Made by a program: the position numbers and the translations under genes
Shown here: one piece after another, positions 37,611 to 46,431 of the stretch
Layout of the letters: the number at the start of each line of letters is the position of its first letter
Numbering within the stretch: position 1 is the stretch's first letter
Notes under the pieces: model-generated
The model's database searches: none
Told to the model about the DNA's origin: nothing
What the model saw: only the letters and a program-made list of their open reading frames with translations
Sequence record: MN648445
Source of the DNA: Escherichia phage FP43
Strand: one strand, 5' to 3'
Length of the DNA stretch: 64,000 bases

Positions 37611-37795
37611 GCAAATTAACTAAAGTTACTTTTATTGGCTGGTTTAAAAGCGGCGAGATGTTCACTAAAGATATCATGTTATCAGGTGATCGTGAAGAAA
37701 TCGAGTGGGTTGCGGTACAACTTGCTGAAGTGAACAATGCATTAGTTAAAGCATTTATTAATGACGAGAAAGTTTTTGAAGCTGATTTTCGATAA
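37607..37795 (+). CDS. dmd: Dmd-like (discriminator of mRNA degradation; antitoxin against host RnlA/LsoA in T4)
   Basis: MSKLTKVTFIGWFKSGEMFTKDI...NNALVKAFINDEKVFEADFR resembles remembered T4 Dmd. Confidence 0.7.
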   Translation: MSKLTKVTFIGWFKSGEMFTKDIMLSGDREEIEWVAVQLAEVNNALVKAFINDEKVFEADFR

Positions 37796-37807
37796 TTTTA
37801 AAATAGC

Positions 37808-37838
37808 TGTTTACAAGCACCACATACTGTGTTACTAT
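37808..37838 (+). promoter_or_regulatory. T4-early-type promoter
   Basis: -35 GTTTAC, -10 TACTAT. Confidence 0.4.
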
Positions 37839-37866
37839 CTTTCTATCAACTACAGAGGAAATTGAA

Positions 37867-38235
37867 ATGAAAAAATTAATCGCTTTAGCAATGGTATTTG
37901 GATTAACCGGATGCGGTGCTCATGGCTTTATCCCTAATAACGTTGGCCAATTGATTTACAATCCGAATGTTAAACAGTATGACCAACCTAAAGTTGAAGT
38001 GGAAGACCCGGTTACTGTAGGTAATCGAATGATTCAAGCTGATGCCCATGCTCAACGTTATCGTGATTCTGATACTATAGCATTGACAAAAGAACAACGC
38101 GTTAAAGAACATTGTCTACAGGCTACTGAAATCGCATTCATTCGCTATGTTGAAACAACGGGTAAAGAGCCTACCCAGAAACAAATCGCGAATAACTACG
38201 TCCGGTGTATTGAACGTTTAAACAAATTTAATTAA
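37867..38235 (+). CDS. putative lipoprotein
   Basis: Signal peptide with lipobox LTGC (MKKLIALAMVFGLTGC). Confidence 0.5.
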   Translation: MKKLIALAMVFGLTGCGAHGFIPNNVGQLIYNPNVKQYDQPKVEVEDPVTVGNRMIQADAHAQRYRDSDTIALTKEQRVKEHCLQATEIAFIRYVETTGKEPTQKQIANNYVRCIERLNKFN

Positions 38236-38238
38236 TTG

Positions 38239-38268
38239 GTTTACGCCAAAGTTAAAACAAGATACTAT
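38239..38268 (+). promoter_or_regulatory. T4-early-type promoter
   Basis: -35 GTTTAC, 18 bp, -10 TACTAT. Confidence 0.4.
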
Positions 38269-38296
38269 AAACATAACAAATCAAGAGGAAATTAAC

Positions 38297-38545
38297 ATGG
38301 AATTATTCGTAGCTAGTTCAGTAGCAGTTTTAATCGCAGGTATTGGTTCAATCATCATTTACATGTTGCCTTGGGTAATCGCACTTATTCGTGGCACAAA
38401 AAGCACAACAGCAATCTTCTTTGTATCTTTACTCTTTAACTGGACGATGGTTGGTTGGATTGGAACTTTAATTTGGTCTATCGTTGCCGAAAAGAAATCT
38501 TCTCAGCAGCCTCAACAAGTAATTATTATTCGCGAAAAAGAATAA
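38297..38545 (+). CDS. small membrane protein
   Basis: 82 aa; two hydrophobic helices. Confidence 0.45.
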   Translation: MELFVASSVAVLIAGIGSIIIYMLPWVIALIRGTKSTTAIFFVSLLFNWTMVGWIGTLIWSIVAEKKSSQQPQQVIIIREKE

Positions 38546-38549
38546 ACTT

Positions 38550-38579
38550 GTTTACATTATAGATGGACTATAGTATAGT
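38550..38579 (+). promoter_or_regulatory. T4-early-type promoter upstream of sp
   Basis: -35 GTTTAC, -10 TATAGT; GGACTA/TAGTCC inverted repeat. Confidence 0.4.
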
Positions 38580-38608
38580 AGTCCTATCAAATCAACTAAG
38601 GAGTTAAA

Positions 38609-38902
38609 ATGAAAAAGTTATCATTGGCAGCAATCTTACTTGCAGTATCATGTGCACCGGCTCCAGTTACAGCAGGTTATGATAAAGACCTCTGTGAGTG
38701 GTCAATGACTGCAAATCAAGAAGATGTTGAACATCAAATCTTCGCTGATATCATGAACATTACTAAACGAGACCGTCCTAATATGGTTAATAAAGTTGTT
38801 GAACAACTTAAGTCTGGCGGTATCATGCAGTACAACTATGTTTTGTATTGTGACCCTAATTTCGATAACAAAGATATCGTAACCGAAATCACAGGTGAAT
38901 AA
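38609..38902 (+). CDS. sp: Spackle-like periplasmic protein (superinfection exclusion / lysozyme inhibitor in T4)
   Basis: 97 aa with signal peptide; GYDKDLCEWSMTANQ...GGIMQYNYVLYCD matches remembered T4 Sp. Confidence 0.7.
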   Translation: MKKLSLAAILLAVSCAPAPVTAGYDKDLCEWSMTANQEDVEHQIFADIMNITKRDRPNMVNKVVEQLKSGGIMQYNYVLYCDPNFDNKDIVTEITGE

Positions 38903-38903
38903 T

Positions 38904-39554
38904 ATGATTTATTACATGCACAAAAACGCACCGTTTAAATATGGTAAATTTCCTAATGCACAATGTTATAATATAACGCCGAATGAAAATAATAACGGAT
39001 ATCATATTGGTGTAATTTTTGTAATTGTTAAAGATAACGAAATCGTTGCCTGGGCAGATTTTAAAGGTACAACGTATGACGTTAATCCAGTTCCGTTCAC
39101 ATATTATAATTTAATGGATTTGGCATACGACTATAATTGGTTTACTCATGATACTCTAGCACATGTTGAAGGCGTAGGATTTGACATCTCTTATTCTAGT
39201 TATTCATTATGTCCTATGAGCCGAGCTCACGGTAAAGATGTATCATATCTTTCAATTCGGAAACGTGTAAACTTCAAACGTAGTACAGAGTATGTTGGTG
39301 GACTCTTTGTTAAAGATAATAAAATAACCCGTATTAGTTATCCTTTAAGTGTAGGTCAAAAAGATGTTGATGTTGATTTAGACTTAACTGAAAATAACAT
39401 TAATCATATTGCTTCTGTATATTTTGATATCGATGAAAAAATTGTAGTGTGTGGATATGAATTACCACCTGAAGAAAAGGCTGAAACAATTGAAGTCGAA
39501 TTAGAAATTTCTGTTGATGACCAAATATTTAATGCATTTATGAATCGAGGTTAA
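38904..39554 (+). CDS. hypothetical protein
   Basis: ORF 38895..39554 (GTG) with ATG at 38904. Confidence 0.45.
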   Translation: MIYYMHKNAPFKYGKFPNAQCYNITPNENNNGYHIGVIFVIVKDNEIVAWADFKGTTYDVNPVPFTYYNLMDLAYDYNWFTHDTLAHVEGVGFDISYSSYSLCPMSRAHGKDVSYLSIRKRVNFKRSTEYVGGLFVKDNKITRISYPLSVGQKDVDVDLDLTENNINHIASVYFDIDEKIVVCGYELPPEEKAETIEVELEISVDDQIFNAFMNRG

Positions 39555-39555
39555 A

Positions 39556-39753
39556 ATGACTACTGCAATTTGCACTGGTTCTAAAATTAGTGTTTTTACA
39601 AGTTTTGAAGATTATGAAGTTGTTTCAAAACACCAATACCATATTAGCGTAAAAGCTAATGATGGTGTAATTTGGAATATTCCACACTATGAAGACACTA
39701 CATATGAAGTCACAGATGCGAACGGTGATAAAGCGATCTTTGTGATTGATTAA
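39556..39753 (+). CDS. small hypothetical protein
   Basis: 65-aa ORF. Confidence 0.4.
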   Translation: MTTAICTGSKISVFTSFEDYEVVSKHQYHISVKANDGVIWNIPHYEDTTYEVTDANGDKAIFVID

Positions 39754-39772
39754 ATATACTCAGGAGGTACCT

Positions 39773-40240
39773 ATGGGTATTATTAACACTGCAATAGATT
39801 CAGTTTATGCATATAAGTTTATTCGACTAATGCAAAAACCTTTTACCGAATGGAAAGCGTACGAAGCCAAAATCATCGACGAACGTGGAAGTGTTCTTAA
39901 ACGTCCTTCCACTCCTGAAGAGAAAGCGGCTTATACACCTTTTCATGCTTCAGTTCGTTCAATGAAGCGAATGATGAGTACTGTTCCAGGTCTTAATGGA
40001 ATGGCCTCAATGATGTCTGCCTGGAGTGCCGTAGCATCCCGCTATAACATTACAGAAGAACAACAGAAAGAAATATTTAAAGAACTCCCTTTATTTGAGG
40101 ATATGGTTGCTGGTGATTCAGGTGGCAGCCCTCAAGCTATTGCATCAGGAACAACTACAGGTGCAGTCGTAAATAAAGGTCCAGAACAAATTCCTTCCAA
40201 GAAAAGAAAGCGAATTAAAGTAAATATTAATAAGTTGTGA
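39773..40240 (+). CDS. hypothetical protein
   Basis: ATG 39773 after AGGAGG RBS. Confidence 0.45.
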   Translation: MGIINTAIDSVYAYKFIRLMQKPFTEWKAYEAKIIDERGSVLKRPSTPEEKAAYTPFHASVRSMKRMMSTVPGLNGMASMMSAWSAVASRYNITEEQQKEIFKELPLFEDMVAGDSGGSPQAIASGTTTGAVVNKGPEQIPSKKRKRIKVNINKL

Positions 40241-40279
40241 TATGATGGCCTTATTAATTTAAGGCCTCTGGAGAATACT

Positions 40280-41302
40280 ATGGCTGAATGGATAGATAAT
40301 GAATTTGCTTATCGTGCGTTTTCTCACCTCCCTCGTTTTAGACAAATCAATAATTCAAGCACATTTAAATTAACATTTCGATGCCCAGTTTGTGGCGACT
40401 CTCAGACAGATGCAATGAAAGCCCGCGGATGGTATTACGGCGGTACTCCAGGTAATGTGCATTGCTATAACTGTCAATACCACAATACAATTTCCGGATA
40501 CTTAAAAGAGTATGATGAAGAGCTTTATCGCGAATATCTAATGGAAGTTCGTAAAGAAAAAGCTAGAATGGAACCGAAGATTGAAAAGGTTCCTGAACAT
40601 AAACCAGAACCGGAGAAAAAGACTATAAATTCTTTGCCGTCTTGTTCTCGTCTGGACAAACTGCCTGAAGAGCATCCTATTGTGAAATATGTTAAGTCTC
40701 GGTGTATTCCTAAAGAATCGTGGAATAGATTATGGTTCACATTAGAATGGCCTAAATTGGTCAACAAGATTCAACCTGGTACGTATAAGAAAGAGATTCC
40801 CGAGCCACGTTTAGTGATTCCTATTTTTAATAAAGATGGGAAGGCCGAGTCATTCCAAGGACGTGCACTTCGTAAAGATGCTCCTCAGAAATATATCACT
40901 ATTAAAGCGTTTGAGTCTGCAACAAAAATTTATGGTGTTGAACGTGTTAAGGAAGGAGACGTCTGGGTAATGGAAGGCCCTATTGATAGTTTATTCATAC
41001 CCAATGCAATCGCTATTACAGGCGGCTCGATAGATTTAGATGTGGTACCATTTAAAGAACGTCGGGTATGGGTAATGGATAATGAACCTAGGCATCCGGA
41101 TACTATAGCTCGCATGAAGCGATTAGTTGATGCAGGCGAACGTGTCATGTTCTGGGATCGAGCTCCATGGAGTTCAAAGGATGTGAATGATATGGTAATG
41201 AAAGAAAATGCAACACCACAAGAAATTTTAGAATATATGAAACAGAATATTTCAAGTGGGTTGCATGCTAAAATGAGATTATCTCGTTATTCGAAGATTT
41301 AA
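40280..41302 (+). CDS. 61: DNA primase gp61
   Basis: 340 aa; zinc-binding CPVCGDS...CYNC and TOPRIM region; matches remembered T4 gp61. Confidence 0.95.
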   Translation: MAEWIDNEFAYRAFSHLPRFRQINNSSTFKLTFRCPVCGDSQTDAMKARGWYYGGTPGNVHCYNCQYHNTISGYLKEYDEELYREYLMEVRKEKARMEPKIEKVPEHKPEPEKKTINSLPSCSRLDKLPEEHPIVKYVKSRCIPKESWNRLWFTLEWPKLVNKIQPGTYKKEIPEPRLVIPIFNKDGKAESFQGRALRKDAPQKYITIKAFESATKIYGVERVKEGDVWVMEGPIDSLFIPNAIAITGGSIDLDVVPFKERRVWVMDNEPRHPDTIARMKRLVDAGERVMFWDRAPWSSKDVNDMVMKENATPQEILEYMKQNISSGLHAKMRLSRYSKI

Positions 41303-41496
41303 ACAAGCCCTATAATAGCAAAGGCCAAATCAACTACAGTATCCAATGGAACAGAAGGAACTATAATACCATGGGCAACTAACAATGGTGCAATCCCGAA
41401 GTTCCATGAAATAATGCCACCTACAACTATTGCAGCGATAGCAGTTTTCTTTTTATTGCCTTTAATAGCGTTGATTAACGATGGAAGTTTAAACAT
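41299..41496 (-). CDS. small membrane protein on the minus strand (convergent with gene 61)
   Basis: 65 aa; strong SD AAGGAGAT 3 nt before ATG (reverse complement of 41497-41508); two hydrophobic helices. Confidence 0.55.
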   Translation of the reverse strand: MFKLPSLINAIKGNKKKTAIAAIVVGGIISWNFGIAPLLVAHGIIVPSVPLDTVVDLAFAIIGLV

Positions 41497-41584
41497 AATA
41501 TCTCCTTAGTTACCTATTATTTATTACGCTTTATAAAATTAATGTTAGAATTAACTCTCTTATACTGAATTGAAAGGAAAAATA

Positions 41585-42106
41585 ATGGCACACTTTAACG
41601 AATGTTCACAACTTATTTCTGGTGTTGATAAAGCAGAAGAAGCTTATTTTAATGCTCTGATTCACGAAGATAAAGACCCACTGCAGGTAATGCTTGATAT
41701 GCAGAAATCTTTACAGGTTCGTCTGGCAAATGACAAGCCTGAACATAACAAACATCCTGATGAATTGGCTACTGCTGGTGATGTTGTTGATTGGCTGCGT
41801 AATCAGAAAGATTATATTGATGATGAATTCCGTGAACTGCTGACTTCACTTGGTGGTATGAGCAATGGTGAAAAAGCCGCTAGCAGTGTATGGAAGCCAT
41901 GGAAAGCACAACATGCTGAATATCGAAATCGTCGTATCGATGAACTGTCTCCTGAAGACCAGCTTGAAATTAAATTTGAAATGATTGATATTCTGCATTT
42001 CGTTCTGAACATGTTCCAAGGTCTTGGTCTTTCTGCTGAAGAAATCTTTAAACTTTACTACTTGAAAAACCAACACAACTTTGAACGTCAGGATAATGGT
42101 TACTAA
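41585..42106 (+). CDS. 56: dCTP pyrophosphatase gp56 (MazG-like)
   Basis: MAHFNECSQLISGVDKAEE...; resembles remembered T4 gp56; syntenic next to 61. Confidence 0.8.
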   Translation: MAHFNECSQLISGVDKAEEAYFNALIHEDKDPLQVMLDMQKSLQVRLANDKPEHNKHPDELATAGDVVDWLRNQKDYIDDEFRELLTSLGGMSNGEKAASSVWKPWKAQHAEYRNRRIDELSPEDQLEIKFEMIDILHFVLNMFQGLGLSAEEIFKLYYLKNQHNFERQDNGY

Positions 42107-42112
42107 TTAAGT

Positions 42113-42120
42113 TATAAATA
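42113..42120 (+). promoter_or_regulatory. T4 late-promoter motif upstream of soc
   Basis: Exact TATAAATA, 32 nt upstream of soc ATG; soc is a late gene in T4. Confidence 0.55.
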
Positions 42121-42151
42121 CACCTGTAATTAAACAACAAAGGAGTTAATT

Positions 42152-42388
42152 ATGGGTGGTTATGTAAACATCAAAACCTTTACGCATCCTGCTGGTGAAG
42201 GTAAAGAAGTTAAAGGTATGGAAGTTTCTGTGCCGTTTGAGATTTATTCAAACGAACATCGGATTGCAGATTCTCATTACCAAATCTTTCCATCAGAAAA
42301 GGCAGCTTATTCTACTGTAGTTTCTGATGCAGCTGACTGGAAAACTAAGAACGCTGCAATGTTTACCCCTACACCAGTAAGTGGTTAA
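42152..42388 (+). CDS. soc: small outer capsid protein Soc
   Basis: GYVNIKTF...HYQIFPSEKAAYSTV matches remembered T4 Soc; exact TATAAATA late promoter upstream. Confidence 0.75.
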   Translation: MGGYVNIKTFTHPAGEGKEVKGMEVSVPFEIYSNEHRIADSHYQIFPSEKAAYSTVVSDAADWKTKNAAMFTPTPVSG

Positions 42389-42397
42389 ATAATTTAA

Positions 42398-42422
42398 GGA
42401 ATCCTTCGGGATTCCTTTTTTG
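42398..42422 (+). terminator. intrinsic terminator (TTCG tetraloop) after soc
   Basis: GGAATCC TTCG GGATTCC then TTTTTT. Confidence 0.7.
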
Positions 42423-42430
42423 TTTCTACA

Positions 42431-42460
42431 GTTTACAACCACTAAAAACTGTGTTAAGAT
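42431..42460 (+). promoter_or_regulatory. T4-early-type promoter
   Basis: -35 GTTTAC, 18 bp, -10 TAAGAT. Confidence 0.4.
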
Positions 42461-42488
42461 ATTCTTACTTACTCAAGAGGAGAACAAT

Positions 42489-42716
42489 ATGTTAAATCGT
42501 TGGATTAAACCTAATAACACATTAGGTGCTTTGATTGCTCAAGAAGTTTCGTTGAAATACGGTCTTGGATATTACGATGATGTAGTCGTACACTCATTCA
42601 TGATGGATGGTGAAGACGTCAAATTTAATGCCGAAATCCGTTGGGATGATGGTGGTGTTCGTTTTGTTCGAGGAACAATTAATGCTTACGATGCTGAAGA
42701 AGTTTTTTGCTGTTAA
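42489..42716 (+). CDS. small hypothetical protein
   Basis: ATG 42489 after AAGAGGAG RBS and early promoter. Confidence 0.4.
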   Translation: MLNRWIKPNNTLGALIAQEVSLKYGLGYYDDVVVHSFMMDGEDVKFNAEIRWDDGGVRFVRGTINAYDAEEVFCC

Positions 42717-42729
42717 ACCAGGCGAAGGT

Positions 42730-42930
42730 ATGATGCCTATTCCTGATACACATGAAAAAAGTTGGGAATATATTGGTGACGGAATGATGGAAGAAGTTAT
42801 TCATCCAAAAACAAAACAGGTTAATGCTTCAAGCTCTTCAAGTTATAATCATTCATACGTATCGTCTTGGTCTGGTGATTCTGGTTCAAGTTATTCTGAT
42901 TGTAGTTCGGACTCAGGGAGTTGTGATTAA
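42730..42930 (+). CDS. small protein with Ser-rich low-complexity C-terminus
   Basis: ATG 42730; C-terminus SSSSSYNHSYVSSWSGDSGSSYSDCSSDSGSCD. Confidence 0.35.
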   Translation: MMPIPDTHEKSWEYIGDGMMEEVIHPKTKQVNASSSSSYNHSYVSSWSGDSGSSYSDCSSDSGSCD

Positions 42931-43109
42931 TGAACAGAATAGTTAAATGGTTTAAAAGCTGGGACGATGGTGTCGGTCCAGAAGATTGGCTGGATGTTCT
43001 TGAAGAGAATATGGCTAAAGAATTCCAGAAACATGAAGAAAAGCTCGTCGAAGATGAAGGCGAACGTATTGTAAAACTTTATATGGGTGAACCATCGAGG
43101 AAATTATAA
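42930..43109 (+). CDS. small hypothetical protein (59 aa, below ORF-track cutoff)
   Basis: TAATG-coupled at both ends. Confidence 0.3.
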   Translation: MNRIVKWFKSWDDGVGPEDWLDVLEENMAKEFQKHEEKLVEDEGERIVKLYMGEPSRKL

Positions 43110-43573
43110 TGGATGCTATGCTATTTAAAATGTATTTGCTTGAAGCCAAGTCATTTAAACATATACCAGTGGAAGATAAGACTCCACTAGAAATAGCTAT
43201 TCTCATTAACAAAAGTCTAAATAATCCGCAATATATCGTAGAAGAATTCTGCAAATTGCAGATTCCTAAAGGTTACAAAATTCGTGTAGAGCGAGTTGGA
43301 GCTATTACTCGTTCTAAAAATTCTCCGTTTAGTCTTGAAGAAGGCATAAAGGACTTAGGTTATGAATCCACGGAAAATGCTGTTTATGTGAATCCTGAAA
43401 AGCGTTTAGACTTGTTTGAAAAGCGAGACCATAAGTATTTTGCCAAAAAATACTTTATTACATCATTAGCAGATTTAGTCCATTTGCAACGAGCTATTTG
43501 GAAATTTTTTAAGACAAAAGGTGTAGCGCTAGAAACATTCTCTGAACCTGTTAGTTTTTATCTCGGTGAATAA
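43109..43573 (+). CDS. hypothetical protein
   Basis: 154-aa ORF, TAATG overlap. Confidence 0.45.
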   Translation: MDAMLFKMYLLEAKSFKHIPVEDKTPLEIAILINKSLNNPQYIVEEFCKLQIPKGYKIRVERVGAITRSKNSPFSLEEGIKDLGYESTENAVYVNPEKRLDLFEKRDHKYFAKKYFITSLADLVHLQRAIWKFFKTKGVALETFSEPVSFYLGE

Positions 43574-43754
43574 TATGGACCTTATGAGTATGTTTGACGA
43601 GCCTGAAGTTGAGGCTCCTAAAGTGCATCGTAGTGAACTTGTTGATGAACTAGATAGTATTATACAACGACACGGCTTTAGTTTACCTGTCGAAGCCCTG
43701 AAAGACCTTGCCTCTTATTATGACGACCCTCCACCATGGAGTCCTTGGAAATGA
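43566..43754 (+). CDS. small acidic protein
   Basis: 62-aa ORF. Confidence 0.35.
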   Translation: MNNMDLMSMFDEPEVEAPKVHRSELVDELDSIIQRHGFSLPVEALKDLASYYDDPPPWSPWK

Positions 43755-43915
43755 AAGATAAATTGAAAGAGAAATTCTTACTAGAAATCAAGGAAAAAGA
43801 CTTTGAGACATGGTATCGAATGGTGAAAGGGTTGACATTGCTTTTTAAAGCGTCCTTATTCATGTTAGAACAACCTGGCCCAGATGGTCCTTTAGTAGGA
43901 AAGCTTAAAAAGTAG
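43751..43915 (+). CDS. small hypothetical protein (54 aa, below ORF-track cutoff)
   Basis: ATGA overlap at 43751. Confidence 0.3.
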   Translation: MKDKLKEKFLLEIKEKDFETWYRMVKGLTLLFKASLFMLEQPGPDGPLVGKLKK

Positions 43916-43943
43916 TTTACATTCCCTCCTCTCGTGTTATGAT
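43915..43943 (+). promoter_or_regulatory. T4-early-type promoter upstream of modB-like gene
   Basis: -35 GTTTAC, 17 bp, -10 TATGAT. Confidence 0.45.
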
Positions 43944-43970
43944 AGGCTTATCTTTAAATGGAGGTCTATC

Positions 43971-44552
43971 ATGACATGTCAATCTGAACTTCAAGAACGT
44001 GAATACCTAACAAATCTGATTGATAGCAAATTCACCCGCCAAGAACAAAACATTCTCTGGGCTTGCACCGATTCTAAGGAAGACCCGGATTTCCACTATG
44101 AATTAGACCATCTTGTTCGTAAGCATATGACTTCTACAGTACCAGTAGAACTCTACCGTGGTGTAACTCCAGAAGAAGTAGAACGTCTTTCTCTTCTTTC
44201 TGTTGGATGCCATTGGTCTCCTGGACGAGTAACATCGTTCACAACTGATTTCAGTACAGCTCGTCAATTCTCCGGGAGATGGGAATATCAGACGTACACT
44301 ATTCTTAGTCTCAGGAATGCTCCATTCATTTTTGATTACTACCAAAACATGGTTAACATTGTACTTGCCGGAAAGAATCCTAAGCATGTTATGGAAGAAA
44401 CGCGTGTTGATGTCCTAGATATGATTGAATCTGAACAAGAGTACATGGTCTCAGGTATCTCTAGATTTGAGATTGTGGAAATTGAAGACTTAGAATATGA
44501 CCCTTTATCTCGACTATACAAAATCATTCATTTAAAAATGTTGAATTTTTAG
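43971..44552 (+). CDS. modB: ADP-ribosyltransferase, ModB-like
   Basis: 193 aa; paralog of the next gene (shared ILW.C...VR...TS.VP...YRG); position matches T4 modB. Confidence 0.55.
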   Translation: MTCQSELQEREYLTNLIDSKFTRQEQNILWACTDSKEDPDFHYELDHLVRKHMTSTVPVELYRGVTPEEVERLSLLSVGCHWSPGRVTSFTTDFSTARQFSGRWEYQTYTILSLRNAPFIFDYYQNMVNIVLAGKNPKHVMEETRVDVLDMIESEQEYMVSGISRFEIVEIEDLEYDPLSRLYKIIHLKMLNF

Positions 44553-44581
44553 TGTACAAACTCTACCGACGATGATACTAT
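44553..44581 (+). promoter_or_regulatory. T4-early-type promoter upstream of modA-like gene
   Basis: -35 GTGTAC, 17 bp, -10 TACTAT. Confidence 0.45.
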
Positions 44582-44609
44582 ACCTTTATCAACCACAGGA
44601 GAAACCTAA

Positions 44610-45218
44610 ATGTTTATGCCGTATAATGAATGTGAAATTGAGGAAATGGTTCGCCGTGCTCAATGCCCTGAATATCAAGATGAATTGCAGTACGAAATTG
44701 ATAGTCAATTCAACGATAATGAACAAAGCATCCTTTGGCAGTGTATGGAAAACAAGCCAGACTGTATTCAACAGGAGTTAAGTTCAATCGTTCGTAGAAA
44801 TTGGACGTCTTCAGTTCCTGAGACAATGTATCGTGGAATCTCTAAGAAAACTATGGCCACACTCGACGATAAAGATGTTGGTAGTATTATTAAATTTGAT
44901 AGAGTAATGAGCTTTAGTCCAGTGTTCGGTGTAGCACGTAACTTCGCTTCATATAATTTTTATGGAACATTTAATATGTTCTGCATCAAAGATGCACCAT
45001 TTGCTTTCAACTTCCGTGAACATATGCTTAACATGATTCTGGCTGCGCCATCTTGTGAGTTCAATGGAGCTTTCCCTGAAGCGACAAGACGGTCTAATGC
45101 TAGACTTATATCTGACGAATGCGAATTTATGCTCCCTATAGGGACTACACTGCGTGTAGATTCTATTATTCAAGATGGACGTTATACAATCTGGAATCTG
45201 TCTATTGTCGGTTACTGA
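44610..45218 (+). CDS. modA: ADP-ribosyltransferase, ModA-like
   Basis: 202 aa; paralog of preceding gene; own early promoter. Confidence 0.55.
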   Translation: MFMPYNECEIEEMVRRAQCPEYQDELQYEIDSQFNDNEQSILWQCMENKPDCIQQELSSIVRRNWTSSVPETMYRGISKKTMATLDDKDVGSIIKFDRVMSFSPVFGVARNFASYNFYGTFNMFCIKDAPFAFNFREHMLNMILAAPSCEFNGAFPEATRRSNARLISDECEFMLPIGTTLRVDSIIQDGRYTIWNLSIVGY

Positions 45219-45292
45219 CTGGATTGGAATAACCGGATGGAACTCAGAACCATTATAACACATAAAAAATTAAAGCATTTTATGAAAAAAGA

Positions 45293-45321
45293 GTGTACAC
45301 TACCTGAGGGCATGATATTAT
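45293..45321 (+). promoter_or_regulatory. T4-early-type promoter
   Basis: -35 GTGTAC, 17 bp, -10 TATTAT; followed by TATAGACCTATCAG. Confidence 0.5.
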
Positions 45322-45370
45322 AGACCTATCAGCTAAATGACCTAACGTCCGTAAGACAGAGGAAAATATT

Positions 45371-46117
45371 ATGTTATCAAATAATAAAATTAACAAAATA
45401 AATCGTCGTCTTGACCACACCAGAGCTTCTGCGAAGAGACGCTCTAAGGATTTTAACTTAGACTTTAATTACCTTAAAAACATTCTTGATCAAAAGGTCT
45501 GCGCTTACTCAGGTGAATCTTTCAATAACTCTGTTGAAGGTGAGAAATTATCCTTAGAACGTTTTAATAACGATATCGGCTACATTAAAGGTAATGTTAT
45601 CCCAGTTAAGAAAAAATATAACACGGCTCGTTCTGATTTAACATTAGAAGAACTTATTGAGAAACGTGATGCCATTGCAAGGCGTATCGCTAATCCTTCT
45701 GCCCGTAAAGTAGAGAAACTTAATCTCGACGAGAAGAAATGGGCCCAAATTAAAAAGGTTTATGGTACTATTTTAAAAATCCGAGCAAAACGTGAAAATC
45801 GTGTTAAGCATATGGCGAACATGATGAAAAATCAACCTTTATCTAACGAATCTAAACTTAGAATTGTTGCTTTGAAAGCACGCATTAATGGCTCACATCA
45901 AGCAGAAGGCCATGAACTTACTAAACTCAACGTTCTTCTTAAAGGCTCTGACTGGAAAACTAAAACTAAATTAACTGACGCTGAATCGCTTTTCGATACA
46001 TATGATAAAGTTATCCAAGGTCTGCGACGTTTTGAAAAGATTGGTTTCATTGGTAAATTAAAATTGAAACGTGGCTTACCACTTAGCGCATCATTATTCC
46101 AACTGATTAAAGGTTAA
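45371..46117 (+). CDS. protein at the srd position (sigma-70-related in T4)
   Basis: 248 aa; assigned by synteny upstream of dda only. Confidence 0.45.
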   Translation: MLSNNKINKINRRLDHTRASAKRRSKDFNLDFNYLKNILDQKVCAYSGESFNNSVEGEKLSLERFNNDIGYIKGNVIPVKKKYNTARSDLTLEELIEKRDAIARRIANPSARKVEKLNLDEKKWAQIKKVYGTILKIRAKRENRVKHMANMMKNQPLSNESKLRIVALKARINGSHQAEGHELTKLNVLLKGSDWKTKTKLTDAESLFDTYDKVIQGLRRFEKIGFIGKLKLKRGLPLSASLFQLIKG

Positions 46118-46119
46118 TT

Positions 46120-46431
46120 ATGGTTTATGTATATGCAATAGTTTATCGAGATATGGAAGGATTTACTGTCCCGGTTCCACTTGATGAGCATCGTCCTGCA
46201 GTATTTTTTAGAAAGGATATTGCAGATAAAGTTTTCGATACTTTGAAAACACAGTATAAAACAGATTTAAAAATGGGAGTTCTAAGAATGGTCGAAACTC
46301 CGCGTAAGTTCTGGTTTAATAAGCTTGAAATGAAACACGTTAAACTAGATGCGGAGACGCAAAGATTGTATCAACGAATTCTGGACACAGGCCGTATTGT
46401 TAGTATTCCAATTGCAGGGACTTTACGATGA
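46120..46431 (+). CDS. hypothetical protein
   Basis: 103-aa ORF, ATGA overlap with dda. Confidence 0.45.
   Translation: MVYVYAIVYRDMEGFTVPVPLDEHRPAVFFRKDIADKVFDTLKTQYKTDLKMGVLRMVETPRKFWFNKLEMKHVKLDAETQRLYQRILDTGRIVSIPIAGTLR

Noticed and set aside
42607-42729. Possible programmed frameshift at the TTTTTT run (42700-42706) fusing the 42489 ORF to the Ser-rich ORF
   Set aside because: The T-run is not a canonical X-XXY-YYZ slippery heptamer in the zero frame and an in-frame ATG with RBS-like sequence exists at 42730; independent initiation is the simpler explanation.
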